This document shows positions 9,652 to 20,576 of a stretch of DNA of 64,000 nucleotides, piece after piece. Every line of letters starts with the position of its first letter. Within the stretch, counting starts at the first letter, position 1. The DNA lies in NCBI GenBank assembly GCA_963793695.1, contig CAWCBB010000009.1, forward strand, positions 35,463-99,462, written 5' to 3'. Source of the stretch: an uncultured Acidobacteriota bacterium (GTDB lineage Bacteria; Acidobacteriota; Thermoanaerobaculia; Gp7-AA8). Under the pieces are notes generated by a model. That model had not been told where the DNA came from and did no database searches. It saw nothing but the letters and a program-made list of their open reading frames with translations. The translations under genes were made by a program, and so were the position numbers.

Positions 9652-10404
9652 CTACGCCCCTTCCAGCGCGCGGCCGATCTCGAGAAACCCGGCCGACTCG
9701 AGGCTCGCCCCACCGACCAGGAACCCCTCGATCTCCTCGTTCGCGGCGAGCTCGGCGGCATTCGCCCCCTTGACGCTCCCGCCGTAGAGGATGATCGGAT
9801 GGCTCTTCCCCCCCGTCCGCTCGCCGATCAGCGCCCGAATCGCCTGATGCGTCTCGGCGGCCATGTCAGGCGTGGCGTTCCGCCCCGTCCCGATCGCCCA
9901 GACCGGCTCGTAGGCGACCCAGAGATCGCGCGGGAGCGCCGGCACGGTATCGAGGACGGCGCCCAGCTGACGGGCCAGAAGGGCCATCGTGCCGCCATTC
10001 TCGCGGGTCGCAAGGTCTTCCCCCACGCAGAGGAGGGGCCGGACCCCGGCCTCGATGGCTACGGCCACTTTCCGGGCGACGAGCGCATCGTCCTCCCGAT
10101 GAAGGGTCCTGCGCTCGGAGTGCCCGATGATCACGAAGGCGGCGCCGGAGAGGCGCAGCATCGAGGCGGAGACTTCCCCGGTGAACGCCCCTTCCCGATG
10201 CTCGGAGCAATCCTGGCCGCCGACGAGGAATTTGCCTCCGACGCGCTCGCGCGTCTCGACGATCGAGGGGAGGAAGGGGAAGGGAGGAGCGATCCCGACG
10301 CTCGTCCTCTTCCAGGGCGCCGATTCGGCCATGGCCTCGACGAACGGTCCGGCGCCTTCCTTGGGGAGATTCATCTTCCAGTTCGCGATCAGCAGTTTCA
10401 TCAC
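9652..10404 (-). CDS. tpiA: Triosephosphate isomerase
   Basis: ANWKMN, GHSERR, AYEPVWAIGTG, YGGSV, LVGGASL. Confidence 0.97.
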   Translation of the reverse strand: MMKLLIANWKMNLPKEGAGPFVEAMAESAPWKRTSVGIAPPFPFLPSIVETRERVGGKFLVGGQDCSEHREGAFTGEVSASMLRLSGAAFVIIGHSERRTLHREDDALVARKVAVAIEAGVRPLLCVGEDLATRENGGTMALLARQLGAVLDTVPALPRDLWVAYEPVWAIGTGRNATPDMAAETHQAIRALIGERTGGKSHPIILYGGSVKGANAAELAANEEIEGFLVGGASLESAGFLEIGRALEGA

Positions 10405-11640
10405 TCACCAGCTCACGCGGTTCTTTCCGAGCCGCTTCGATTCGTAGAGTCGCTCGTCCGCCCGCTGGATCAGCTCCGCGGCCGCCATCGGCGGAACGTA
10501 CGTCGCGATGCCGATCGACACCGTGCAGCGCACCTCGGTGAGGCCGTCGGCGGCGAGGATCCTGAGCGCGCGGGCGCGCTGGAGGATCCGATCCGCGACC
10601 GATCGGGCGCCATAGAGATCGCTGTGCGGAAGGACGACGGCGAACTCGTCGCCTCCGAACCGCGCGAGCGTATCGGGCGGTCGAACCGTCTCCCGGACCG
10701 TACCACAGAGCTCCGAGAGGAGCACGTCGCCGATCACATGCCCGTAGGTGTCGTTGATGTTCTTGAAATCATCGATGTCGAACATCGCCAGGGAGAGCGG
10801 GATGTTGTAGATCCTCGACCGGTCGATCTCGCTCGGGAGCTGCCGCCGCAGCCAGCGCTTGTTCCAGATCCCGGTCAAATCGTCCGTGTCGGCCAGGTTC
10901 TCGATCCGCTCGGCGGTCCGGATCATCCCGAGGACGATCGAGATCTGCCCGGAGAGGACTTCGAGAAGCCGCTCGGCTTCGGGCGCGAGCGGACTCTCGG
11001 AAAAGATCACCAGGACGCCGGCGTTCCGGTTTTCCTGCCTGAGCACCGTCTTCACGGTGTGCGCGTAGGGGTCGCCCACGTCCGCGCGCGCCGGCAGATC
11101 CGCGTAATCCGCCCGGACGAGCAGGTCGGTCTCGCCGAACTCTACGTCGAGGATTTTCTGCATGGCTCGCTTGATCTCGCCCGGAAAGCGATCGCTGAGC
11201 GGATCCTCGAGCTGCGCGCGCCGGCTCACGTAGACGTCGATGTTCTGCTCGAGGATGACCGCGGCGGCGAGATCGTATGGAACGACGCCCGCCAGAGTGG
11301 CGAACGAGGAACGCGTGAGGTCGGCGATGTTCCGGCTCCGCGTCATCCCGCGCGTGAGCTCCTGAATGAAGTCGATTCGGCTCTCGAGGGCCGATTCCGG
11401 CCTGGCGGGTGCGGCGGGCCGCTCCCGGGCCTTTCTCGCCAGCTCGTGGCCGGCGGGTGCGAGAAAGACTCTGCCCTCGCGGCGGCCCACCAACCCCGCG
11501 GCCTCCAGGTCCGCCACGGCGGAACGTTCGGCCGGAGCGAGGTACGACTCGTCGAGTCCCTCGACCGCGGCCGCCAGGAAACGCAGGAGCGTCGCGTGCC
11601 CCTCGTTCCCGAGCAGATCCTCGATCGAGCGCTCCGGCAT
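10405..11640 (-). CDS. Diguanylate cyclase (GAF-like + GGDEF)
   Basis: DDLTGIWNKR, DIDDFKNINDTYGH, RPPD I-site, ARFGGDEF. Confidence 0.93.
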   Translation of the reverse strand: MPERSIEDLLGNEGHATLLRFLAAAVEGLDESYLAPAERSAVADLEAAGLVGRREGRVFLAPAGHELARKARERPAAPARPESALESRIDFIQELTRGMTRSRNIADLTRSSFATLAGVVPYDLAAAVILEQNIDVYVSRRAQLEDPLSDRFPGEIKRAMQKILDVEFGETDLLVRADYADLPARADVGDPYAHTVKTVLRQENRNAGVLVIFSESPLAPEAERLLEVLSGQISIVLGMIRTAERIENLADTDDLTGIWNKRWLRRQLPSEIDRSRIYNIPLSLAMFDIDDFKNINDTYGHVIGDVLLSELCGTVRETVRPPDTLARFGGDEFAVVLPHSDLYGARSVADRILQRARALRILAADGLTEVRCTVSIGIATYVPPMAAAELIQRADERLYESKRLGKNRVSW

Positions 11641-11767
11641 TCCATTGCAATTATATGAGACGGTGCGTCTTTCCGTCGTCAGATGGACGTTCGGACCGCG
11701 CGACCCGTACCCGAGGGGGGCGCCACGCGCGGCCGGCGGGGCGGCTCAGGTGATAATCTCGCGCGAG

Positions 11768-13694
11768 ATGCGTTTCGTGGAACACGACCTCATCCCGTTC
11801 TCTCCCGAGCCTCTCCTCGGAGAGAAGCTCCTGGTGCTCGCACCCCATCCCGACGACGAGGTCATCGGATGCGGAGGGCTCGTGGCGCTTCACGTCCAGG
11901 GAGCACGGCGCGTCCATGTCATCGTCGCGACCGACGGCTCGGAAGCGGAGCGCGACGAAATGCCCAGGGAGGCCTTCGCGGCGTTGCGGGAAAAGGAGAC
12001 GAACGCCGGGCTCGCGCACCTCGGCGCCCCGCCCGCCGAGTTCCTCCGGATTCCCGACAGGGCCCTGGACGAGCACCGCGACTCGTTTCAGAGCGTCCTG
12101 CGGGACCGCCTGCTCGAGATCCGTCCGGACCTTCTCGTCCTTCCGAGCCCGATCGAGATCCATCCGGATCACCGTGCTCTGTCGGTCGCCGTGATCGAGC
12201 TCCTGCAGCGCGATCTCGAGCTTTCGGGAGCCCTGGCGCTCTGCCGCGTGGCTTTCATGGAGATCACGCAACCGATCCGCCCCACCACGCTCGTCGACAT
12301 CACCGACGTCGCGGCGCTCAAGCACGAGGCGATCGAGATGCACGTATCCCAGCAGCGCCAGCGGAACTACTCATGGTTTTCCCGCGGACTGAGCCAGTTC
12401 CGCACGATGACGCTCGGGCCGGAAAGCCGCCACGCCGAGGCGTTTCACGTGGTCCCGGCCGAATGGGTGCGGACGCATCCGCTGTCCGAGGCGGAGGCGG
12501 CGGTTCGGGGAGAGCCCCGACCGACGATCGAGCGCGAAACGCTCCCCGTGACGGTCCTCGTTCGCACCCTCGACCGCCCACGCCTCCTTCGCGAGGCCCT
12601 CGGTTCGATCCGCGCGAGCTCCGAGGCGCCGATCGTCGTCGTCAACGATGGGGGCCGGAGCGTCGCCGCCGTAACATCGGACCTCGCCGGCGTGACGCTC
12701 GTCGAGCACGACACGCCCCGCGGACGCTCCGCCGCCATGAACGCCGCCGTGGAGCGCGCGAAGACCGACTGGATCGCCTTTCTCGACGACGACGACCTCT
12801 ATTACCCGGAGCACCTGTCGACTCTCACCACGAGCGCCGCGGCCCTCGACGCGACCGCGTGGTACACCGACGCGCTCTCCGCCAGCTATGAGCTCGGAGA
12901 AGACGGCGTTCCCGTGATGCGCGCGCGGCTCCGCACCTACGCGCACGACTTCGATCCCGACCTCCTCCTGCTCGACAATTACATCCCCCTTCCGACTCTG
13001 CTCGTTCGAAAGAATGACTTTCTCCGCGCGGGAGGATTCGATCCTTCATTCGACCTCTTCGAGGACTGGGACTTTCTGATCCGCCTCTCGAAGCTGGGAC
13101 GCTTCGTCCGAATCCCGCGGCTGACCTGCGAGATCCGCCACTTCGCCGGCAGCGGCTCGCCGATGCTGGCAAACCCCGCCGGTTCGGCGGGGTACCGCGA
13201 CGCGAAGCTCGCGGTCTGGAGAAGGCACGGGGTGCTCGAGGCGCCGGAGCGCGTTCTCGCGGTATTCGAGGAGCTGAAGGCAAGGGCGATCACCGGAGCG
13301 AACCGACTCCAGGAAGAGATCGGGCGGGGCGAGTTCCTCGAGAACGCGGTCGCCGAGCTCGAGCGGGACAAGCAGACGCTGATCGACCGGGGGGGCCGGC
13401 ACGCGGGCGAGGTCGCGGAGCTCACCGGGGAGCGCGATGCGATTGCGGCTCAGGGCGGAGGATCTCGGCCGCGCCCTGGAAACCATCGACGCGGAACGGA
13501 CGCGCCTGGAAGCGGACCGGCAGCGCCTCGAGACCCTGGCGGAAGAGCTTCGAATCAGCGCGACGGCGAGCGCCGAGACCGTTCGAGCTCTGTACGCCGA
13601 GCTCGCGCGGCTCAACGCTCTCATCGCCGAGATGCAGGGCACGCGCGCCTGGGCGCTCCATCGCGCGGTCGAAAGGCTCCGGGGCCGCAGGTGA
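11768..13694 (+). CDS. PIG-L family deacetylase + GT2 glycosyltransferase + C-terminal coiled coil (frameshift near 13450)
   Basis: APHPDDEVIGCGG, HPDH; VVNDGG, FLDDDD, FEDWDF; heptad tail continues in ORF 13437-13694. Confidence 0.85.
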
Positions 13695-14920
13695 GCCGGG
13701 TTCTCCTCGTCTGCCCGGAACCGCTCGGCCATCGCAATCCAGCAGGCGTCGGGATTCGCTTTCTCGAGTTCGCGCGGCGTCTCGTGGAGGACGGTCACCA
13801 GGTCGAAGTCCTCAGCCGCGATGGCGGATCCGTCGCCGGCTGCGCCGCATCCGCGATCTCCGTCGAGAGCCTCCGGCGCGCCACGGGAAGCGCCGACGTG
13901 ACCGTCGTGCAGGGACACGCCGTCAACGAGGTCCTCACGTTCGGGGTCGAGACGCCCCTCGTCGTCGATCTGTACGACCCCTTCATCGTCGAGAACTTTC
14001 ACTACTGGAGCGAGCGAGGCGAGCAGGTGTTCCGGCACGACCACGCGACGCTGATGGCCTCGCTCGCCGCCGGCGATCTCTTTCTCTGCGCGTCCGACGC
14101 GCAGAGGCTCTTCTACGCGGGCCTCCTCGTCGCCGCAGGACGGGTCAATCCCGAGCTCTTCGATGCGGACCCCGTGCTCGAGTCCCTGATCCGGATCGTT
14201 CCGTTCGGCGTGCAGCCGCCGCGGGAATCGCCGCGGCAGCCGGGCCCGATCTCCCGAAAGGTATTCTTCGGCGCGGTCTACGACTGGTACGACCCGTTCA
14301 TGGCGGTCGACGCCGTGGCGCTCGCCCGAAAGGAGGAGCCGGAGCTTTCGCTCACCTTCACGCATCATCCGAACGCGGACCTCACGCCGCAGAGCCTCTT
14401 CGGGCGCCTGCGAGCGCACGTCGAGACGAGCGACGCGTCCTTCGTGAATATCGAGCCGTGGGCCGCCTACGATGAGCGCGCGGCGTTTTACGACGGCTTC
14501 GGGCTGGCGCTTCTGACGTTCCGCAGCTCGCTCGAAACGGACCTGGCGATGCGCACGAGGATGTTCGACTGTTTCTGGGGAGGACTGCCGGTCATCACGA
14601 GCTCCGCCGGCGGCACCGATCCGCTGATCGCACGGTACGAGGCGGGCACCGTCGTCGCCGGCGATGATCCGGCGGACTACGCGCGGTCGATCGTCGATCT
14701 GATCCGCTCTCCCGCGCGCTACGAAGAGGCGCTTCGCGGGTGCCGGCGCTTCACGGCGGAGCATCAGTGGACGCGCCTTCTGGAGCCGCTGCTCGAGTTC
14801 TGCCGCGCTCCGCGCAGAGAGACGACGCGCGCCGCGTTCCCGATGGCCGCACCCGCCCTGCGCGACGGGACGGAGCACCCTCTTCGGAGAATTCGCCGCC
14901 GGCTGCGAGGTCTCTTCTGA
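13691..14920 (+). CDS. GT-B (GT4-like) glycosyltransferase
   Basis: GTGA overlap; AGVGIRF, VVDLYDPF, RTRMFDCFWGGLPVI. Confidence 0.82.
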   Translation: MSRVLLVCPEPLGHRNPAGVGIRFLEFARRLVEDGHQVEVLSRDGGSVAGCAASAISVESLRRATGSADVTVVQGHAVNEVLTFGVETPLVVDLYDPFIVENFHYWSERGEQVFRHDHATLMASLAAGDLFLCASDAQRLFYAGLLVAAGRVNPELFDADPVLESLIRIVPFGVQPPRESPRQPGPISRKVFFGAVYDWYDPFMAVDAVALARKEEPELSLTFTHHPNADLTPQSLFGRLRAHVETSDASFVNIEPWAAYDERAAFYDGFGLALLTFRSSLETDLAMRTRMFDCFWGGLPVITSSAGGTDPLIARYEAGTVVAGDDPADYARSIVDLIRSPARYEEALRGCRRFTAEHQWTRLLEPLLEFCRAPRRETTRAAFPMAAPALRDGTEHPLRRIRRRLRGLF

Positions 14921-16130
14921 TGTCGAGCGTCGACGTCATCATCGTCACGTGGAATGGGCGTGCCGACACGATCCAGGCGGTCGAGGGGGTCTCTCGCAGA
15001 GGATCCCGCAGCGGGTCTCCAGGCTGACCGTCACGGTCGTCGACAACGGATCGAAGGATGGAACTCTGGAGGCGCTCGCGGCGCGTTTCCCTCAGGTGCG
15101 CGTCCTCGAGCTCTGGTCGAATCGCGGCTTCACCGGAGGCGTCCGCCTCGGCGTGACCACCTCGGATGCCGACCTCGTCATCCTCCTCAACAACGACGCG
15201 ATCCCGGAGCCGGAGTGGCTTCGCGAGCTCGTCGAGGCGATCGATTCCGCGCCTCCGGACGTGATCGCGGTCGGAGGCGAGATCGTCGACCTTTCCGGAA
15301 CGCTCGTCGATTTCGCGCGCGGCGCGATGACGTTCGACGGCCACGCCTTCCAGGTCGGGTTCAGGAAGAGGCGGGAGGAAGTCCGTATCCTTCCGTCGGG
15401 GAGCGAGATCCTCTTCGCCTGCGGCGGGAACATGATCGCGAAGCGCGAGCCGTTCCTCGCGATCGGCGGCTTCGACGACGACTACTTCGCCTATCTGGAG
15501 GACGTCGATTTCGGCTGGCGCTCGTGGATCGCCGGGTATCGAACGCTGTGGGAGCCGCGCGCGCGCGTTCGCCATCGTTCCGCCGCGACCAGCGACCGCC
15601 TCGGCTCGTTCGAGCGCGGCGTCCTCTTCGAGCGGAACGCGCTGCAGACCTCGATCAAGAACTACGAGGATGGACTGATGCAGAAGGTCGCCGGGAGCGT
15701 CTTTCTCGCGGCGCTCCATCGCACGCATCGGTATACCGTCGACCGGAACGAGGCGTCGCGCCTGCGGCGCCCGCCGCTCGACGAAGCGCCGATCGAGCGG
15801 CCGCACGCCTCCGGCCTTCTCGCGCGCGCCCTCCGGAAGCTCGGCCTCCGCGTCGCATCCCGATCGGCCTGCCTCGATGACGAGCTGACGGCGATGCAGT
15901 TCCGCGCGCTCGAATGGTTCTTCCGGAACGAGCCAAAGGTGATGGCGAAACGCGCCGCCGTGCAGGCGATGCGCCGCCGGCCCGACGGCCAGATCCTCGA
16001 GAAGTTCCCGCCGCTGGTCGTCCCGACCTACCCAGGCGACGAGGCGCTCATGTCCAGCGCTCTGTTCCGGGAGCTGATGCAAGGCATGCCGCACATGAGA
16101 TCGAGCCTCGACGACATCATGCGGCGATAG
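14920..16130 (+). CDS. GT2 glycosyltransferase (frameshift near 14995)
   Basis: DVIIVTWNG, VVDNGSKDG, NRGF, LLNNDA, GGFDDDYFAYLEDVDFGWR. Confidence 0.9.
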
Positions 16131-16163
16131 GGGTTCTCACTTCTCGGACCCACCGGCAACCGG

Positions 16164-16377
16164 GACGCCGAAGGCGTCCCAGAGGGTAGCCGGGCGTCGG
16201 CGTAAGCCGACGCCCGGAAAAAGCACCCGACATAAAGTGAGCACCCCGGAGGGGTGCCAGAAAGCGGGCGTATCTCTGTAGCACCCCTCCGGGGTGCGTT
16301 GCACGGCGCACCTCTCGCGATCCGGGGGTCGCGCTTCGCGCGACGCCCCGGCTACCCCCTCAGACGCCTCCGGCGTC
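16164..16377. repeat. Multi-hairpin REP-like palindromic element
   Basis: GACGCCGAAGGCGTC...GCACCCCGGAGGGGTGC / GCACCCCTCCGGGGTGC...GACGCCTCCGGCGTC nested inverted repeats between convergent genes. Confidence 0.8.
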
Positions 16378-16514
16378 TAAGACTCGGCGCGGAGACGCAT
16401 AGAGAAATGCTGACTGAAAACGGGGATGAGCGAGCTTCTGAATTCGAGTTTCTCGGCCAAAGCCCGAAAAGAACAGAGAATCGGGAACCGAGAACTGAGG
16501 TCTGAGGCCCGCCC

Positions 16515-16958
16515 CTACGGCGCGACCGCGCGAATGAGCTCGAGCAGATCGTCGAGATTGAACGGCTTCGGCAGGATCGCCTTCACGCCCATCTGCAGAA
16601 CGGCCTGCGGATCCTTCCGGAGATGCGCCGATACGACGATCACCGGAACCTGCCCGGCGAAACCGGTGTCGCGAAGGCGCTGGAGGAAGTCCCACCCGTT
16701 CACGCCCGGCATCATCAGGTCCAGCAGCACGACATGCGGCTGGTGGAGAACGAGGGCGCGCTGCGCCTCGTCCCCGTCGCCGGCCAGAAAGACCTGGAAC
16801 CCGTGCCGCCGCAGAACCGACGAGAGCATCCCGCGCAGGGGCAGGTCGTCGTCGACGACGAGCACCCTCTTGCGCTCGACATCGGCGGTCCCCCGCTCGG
16901 GCGGGCGATGGTCGGCTCGATCCATCATGGGCGCCTCAATGGACGTCGTAGTCTCCAA
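16515..16958 (-). CDS. Single-domain response regulator
   Basis: VLVVDDD, LLDLMMPGVNG, SA, KPF. Confidence 0.9.
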   Translation of the reverse strand: METTTSIEAPMMDRADHRPPERGTADVERKRVLVVDDDLPLRGMLSSVLRRHGFQVFLAGDGDEAQRALVLHQPHVVLLDLMMPGVNGWDFLQRLRDTGFAGQVPVIVVSAHLRKDPQAVLQMGVKAILPKPFNLDDLLELIRAVAP

Positions 16959-17856
16959 GCGTGTAGTACAGCTCTCCGGCTCGCGGGAGCTGGCGTTGCG
17001 TGAACCAGCGCATCTCGATCCAATGGTCCCGAAGGGCGACCGCGAACCCTCCCTCCGCGAGCAGGGTGTTCACCGGATGCGCCGGTGAGCCCCAGAGGAC
17101 GACTTCTCTCCCGACTCTCGAGAGCGCGTCTGCGAGATCTTCGACTGCCGCGCGCGAGAACCGCCCCCCGATCTCCATGACATAGAGCCGGTCCGCGTCG
17201 CTGCGGACGAGCGCTGCAATTTGCGTCCCCAGTCCGAAAGTGCCGCGGACGCTGACCTTTCCGTACTTCCACGTCGGGTGATCCAGATAGCGCCAGCGAA
17301 GATAGACCTCGTCCCGCAGCGCCCCCACGTCGATCGGTACCCGGCTGAACAGCACCAGGTCCCGCCTCGCGAGCGGCTCGATCGCCCTCCCCTCCCCGCG
17401 CGGCTCCATCCGGAGCTCCGCGACCCGCTCGACCGGGCGGTATCCGAGGAGCTTCTCGCCCAGCAAGCGGTGGCGCTCGCCGGGAAAGCCGTAGACCAGA
17501 GGGATTTTCGCGGGTCCGCAATAGGCGCTGAAGAATCGCTCGGCCGTCCTGACGAAGACGCCCCCCCGGCCGATTCCGCCGGGGTACGTCGGACTGCTCA
17601 TGAAGTCCACGGACTGGAGCGCGACCAGCTCCGCGCCGTAATCGCGGAATCGGACGGGAGTGCCGCCGCAGTGGCTGACGATCCTCCCTTCCGCCTCGCA
17701 GACCATGCTCGTCACGCCGCGCGGGTTGTCGAAGTACTTCCACCGCCAGACCGCCGGGAGGCGCGGCGCGCCGAAGACTTCCTCGAAAAGGACGCCGAGC
17801 GCCGGGAGGTCGGACGGAACCGCCGGGCGGATGATCTCTTTCACGTCAGCGCGCAT
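16936..17856 (-). CDS. GNAT family N-acyltransferase
   Basis: WRWKYFDNP, QSVDFM, GRGGVF, YGFPGERH. Confidence 0.8.
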   Translation of the reverse strand: MRADVKEIIRPAVPSDLPALGVLFEEVFGAPRLPAVWRWKYFDNPRGVTSMVCEAEGRIVSHCGGTPVRFRDYGAELVALQSVDFMSSPTYPGGIGRGGVFVRTAERFFSAYCGPAKIPLVYGFPGERHRLLGEKLLGYRPVERVAELRMEPRGEGRAIEPLARRDLVLFSRVPIDVGALRDEVYLRWRYLDHPTWKYGKVSVRGTFGLGTQIAALVRSDADRLYVMEIGGRFSRAAVEDLADALSRVGREVVLWGSPAHPVNTLLAEGGFAVALRDHWIEMRWFTQRQLPRAGELYYTLGDYDVH

Positions 17857-19510
17857 GAGTCGGTTCGACCGCGCGGATCGCCCTCGCGCTCAGCGGGGGC
17901 CCCGAACGGCGGCGCGCGACGATCCGGATCGAGCCGGAGGTCACCGCGAGCGGATCGGGGAGGAGCGAGAGGACCGGTTTCGCGGCCGCGGCGGCCGCGG
18001 GATGCAGCGCGTCGAGCCTCGAGAGGAGGAAGGGGTGATCGCAGTACTCGAAGTCGGATGACGCGGAGACGATCTCGAATCCCGAGTGCTCGAGGAGCTC
18101 GATCAGCGCCGATCGCGAATAGAGGATGAGGTGCTCCGGGAACTTGTAGCTCACCCACCGATCTCCGGAAATCGCGCAGAGGAGGCTCTCGGTGTCGGGC
18201 GTGATGACGACCAGAATGCCGCCCGGACGGAGGAGCTCCCCGAGGGTCGCGAGAGCGTCGTGGGGGTCGGCCAGGTGCTCGAACACATGGAAGAGGGTGA
18301 CCGCGTCGAACGCCGCGCCGGTGTTCACGTATCGCGCGAGGCTCGCCCGGTACACCTCCAGCCCCCGAGCGCGCGCCGCGCGCACGGCCTCGTCGCAGAG
18401 ATCGATGCCGACGTACTCGAATTCGCGCGTCGCGCTCTGGCCGAACAGCCCGTTTCCGGCTCCGACTTCCAGAACCCGCGCGTTCGCGGGCAGGTGCTTC
18501 CGCAGAATCGCGAGACGCCGCTCGTTCGTCTTTCGCGCCGCGGCCGTCAGCTCGCGCGATGCGTACCCATGCTCGGAATCCCTTCCGCTCGAAAAATACG
18601 CGTCGTTGTAGAGGGTCTCCAGCTCCTCATCCGATGGGAAATTTCCGAGGTATCTGCATTTGCAGCGCGAACAGGCGCGCACGACCCAGCCGCGGAGCTG
18701 GGTGAGCGTGCGGATCTCCCGGGAAAGGCAGACCGGACAGCGCCGCGGCGAGCGGTACGCCTGCGCGCGATTCCAGTAACGGACCCGCAGCACGTCGGCG
18801 AACATGCGGACGGAATCCGCCACCAGGCGCACCTTCGACGCGTGCCGGTGCGACATCGACACGGGGATCCGCTGGATCCGGAAGCCGTACTTCCGCGCCA
18901 GGAAGAGGACCTCGAAATCGAATCCGAACCTCTGAAGCTTCGACTCGGAAAAAAGGATCTTCGCCGTCGACGAGGAGAACGCCTTGAGCCCGCACTGGGT
19001 GTCGGGAAGCCCCGGAACGAGAAGGAGGCGAACGACCAGCGAGAACGTGCGCCCGAGGATCTTCCGGAGAAGCGGGTACGAGGGGTCGTGATCGGAGGCC
19101 GGCAGATCGCGACCGCCGATGGCGATCTCGGTCGTGCCGGAATGCACGAGGGCGATGGCATGCCCGAGGTTCTGGAGCTCGTACGGGAGATCGGCGTCGA
19201 GAAACGCAATCACCGCCCCGCGCGACTCGAGGACGCCGCGGCGAACAGCGGCCCCCTTCCCCTGATTGGATTCGAGCGGAAGGAGCCGGATCCCCGACGA
19301 CTTCCCGGCGCGCTCCCTCACGAGCTGCGCCGTGGAGTCCGTGGAACCGTCGTCGACGACCACGATCTCGTGGGACAGGCCGCTCGCCGCGAGATAGCCG
19401 GCGAGCTCGTCGAGCATCGCGCCGATGGACGCTTCTTCGTTGTATGCCGGCACCACGACCGACACGTCCGGCGCGTCCTCGCGCAGCGGATTGGAGCTCA
19501 TCCCGGTCAT
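17846..19510 (-). CDS. Polyprenyl-phosphate glycosyltransferase-like GT2 fused to a class I SAM methyltransferase
   Basis: VVPAYNE, DDGSTD, GKGAAVR, DTQCGLK; CPVC..CSRC; VLEVGAGNG, FHVFEH. Confidence 0.88.
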   Translation of the reverse strand: MTGMSSNPLREDAPDVSVVVPAYNEEASIGAMLDELAGYLAASGLSHEIVVVDDGSTDSTAQLVRERAGKSSGIRLLPLESNQGKGAAVRRGVLESRGAVIAFLDADLPYELQNLGHAIALVHSGTTEIAIGGRDLPASDHDPSYPLLRKILGRTFSLVVRLLLVPGLPDTQCGLKAFSSSTAKILFSESKLQRFGFDFEVLFLARKYGFRIQRIPVSMSHRHASKVRLVADSVRMFADVLRVRYWNRAQAYRSPRRCPVCLSREIRTLTQLRGWVVRACSRCKCRYLGNFPSDEELETLYNDAYFSSGRDSEHGYASRELTAAARKTNERRLAILRKHLPANARVLEVGAGNGLFGQSATREFEYVGIDLCDEAVRAARARGLEVYRASLARYVNTGAAFDAVTLFHVFEHLADPHDALATLGELLRPGGILVVITPDTESLLCAISGDRWVSYKFPEHLILYSRSALIELLEHSGFEIVSASSDFEYCDHPFLLSRLDALHPAAAAAAKPVLSLLPDPLAVTSGSIRIVARRRSGPPLSARAIRAVEPTHAR

Positions 19511-19511
19511 T

Positions 19512-20576
19512 TTATTCGTTTTTGTCCACTCTCACGGCCAGCCCGGTGCGTCCCGTGGAGAGATCGGTCGCGACGACGAAGATCGACTCGCCCCGAAAAT
19601 CGCGCAGGATCTCCGCGGGGATCCGCAGCTCCCCTCCGCCCGCGAACGATCCCGCAGCCGTGCTCAGGTCCTCGAGAGGAGATGCCTCCACCAGCCACGA
19701 TCCCGCCTGGGAGGTGAAGCGATGCGTCCGACGAGACGACCCGGAAGTCGGCTGGTCGCGGCAAGGCTCCCCGCCTGCGAGATCACCCACCGCGCGAACC
19801 GCGCTCCGTACCATTTCGACAGGAAACGCAACTCGGACTCGACGTATCGCGAGGCCGCCGTCGTGGTCCTCCCGGCGCTCTGGTTGTAGAGGTGATGGCA
19901 CCTCGCGCCGGGGAGATGAAGGAGCTTCCATCCGCGAGCGCGAAGCCTGGCCATGAGGTCGATCTCCTCGAAGTAGAGGCGGAACGCCGGATCGAATCCT
20001 CCGGCGCTGTCGAATGCCCCCTTGCGCATGCAGAGGACCGCTCCGGAGAGCGCCTCGACCTCGGTCGGGTCCTCGAAGCGCCAGAAACGAACCCGGGCGT
20101 CTCGACGACGACTCCGCCACCACGCGCCCCAGCGCCGGCCAGCTGCCGGCCAGGAGTCGGTCGATCTCGCGCCCCCGGGTCGGGACGTCGGGCGGTGGAA
20201 GGAGCCATCGACCCCCGGTGTCCCAGGAGAAGCGGGGGCCGGTCATCGCCACGCGGTCCTGCTCGAGGGCTCCGACCAGGAGGTCGATCGAATGCGGCGC
20301 GAATTCGACATCGGGATTCGAAACGACGAGGACCTCGCCTTCGGCCGCCGCGACGCCGCGGTTCGCTCCCTCTCCGTAGCCGGGATTGTCGGGAGCATCG
20401 ATCACCAGATCGACGTCGAGAGCGCTCACGCGCTCCCGTTCGGCGGGATCCCCGGAGTTGTCCACGAGAACGACGTGGAGCGGGAGCGCGGAGGCGGCGC
20501 GCGCCGTCTCGATCGCCCTCCGCGCCATCTCCGCGGAGTGGTAATTGACGACGATCAGGGTTCGCCTGCGCGTCAA
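19512..20576 (-). CDS. GT2 glycosyltransferase (frameshifted)
   Basis: IVVNYHS, VDNSG, NPGYG, NPD; GGFDPAFRLYFEEID in another frame. Confidence 0.82.
   Translation of the reverse strand: MTRRRTLIVVNYHSAEMARRAIETARAASALPLHVVLVDNSGDPAERERVSALDVDLVIDAPDNPGYGEGANRGVAAAEGEVLVVSNPDVEFAPHSIDLLVGALEQDRVAMTGPRFSWDTGGRWLLPPPDVPTRGREIDRLLAGSWPALGRVVAESSSRRPGSFLALRGPDRGRGALRSGPLHAQGGIRQRRRIRSGVPPLLRGDRPHGQASRSRMEAPSSPRREVPSPLQPERREDHDGGLAIRRVRVAFPVEMVRSAVRAVGDLAGGEPCRDQPTSGSSRRTHRFTSQAGSWLVEASPLEDLSTAAGSFAGGGELRIPAEILRDFRGESIFVVATDLSTGRTGLAVRVDKNE

Noticed and set aside
9604-11658. Long antisense or alternate-frame ORFs (also 13046-14878, 18086-19717, 53724-55283, 57403-59673, 59777-62101)
   Set aside because: Shadow ORFs of real genes in high-GC DNA, with no recognisable motifs
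11366-14920. 1184-aa deacetylase-GT2-GT4 mega-fusion
   Set aside because: An indel near 13450 bypasses the stop at 13694; the GT4 gene has its own GTG start overlapping that stop
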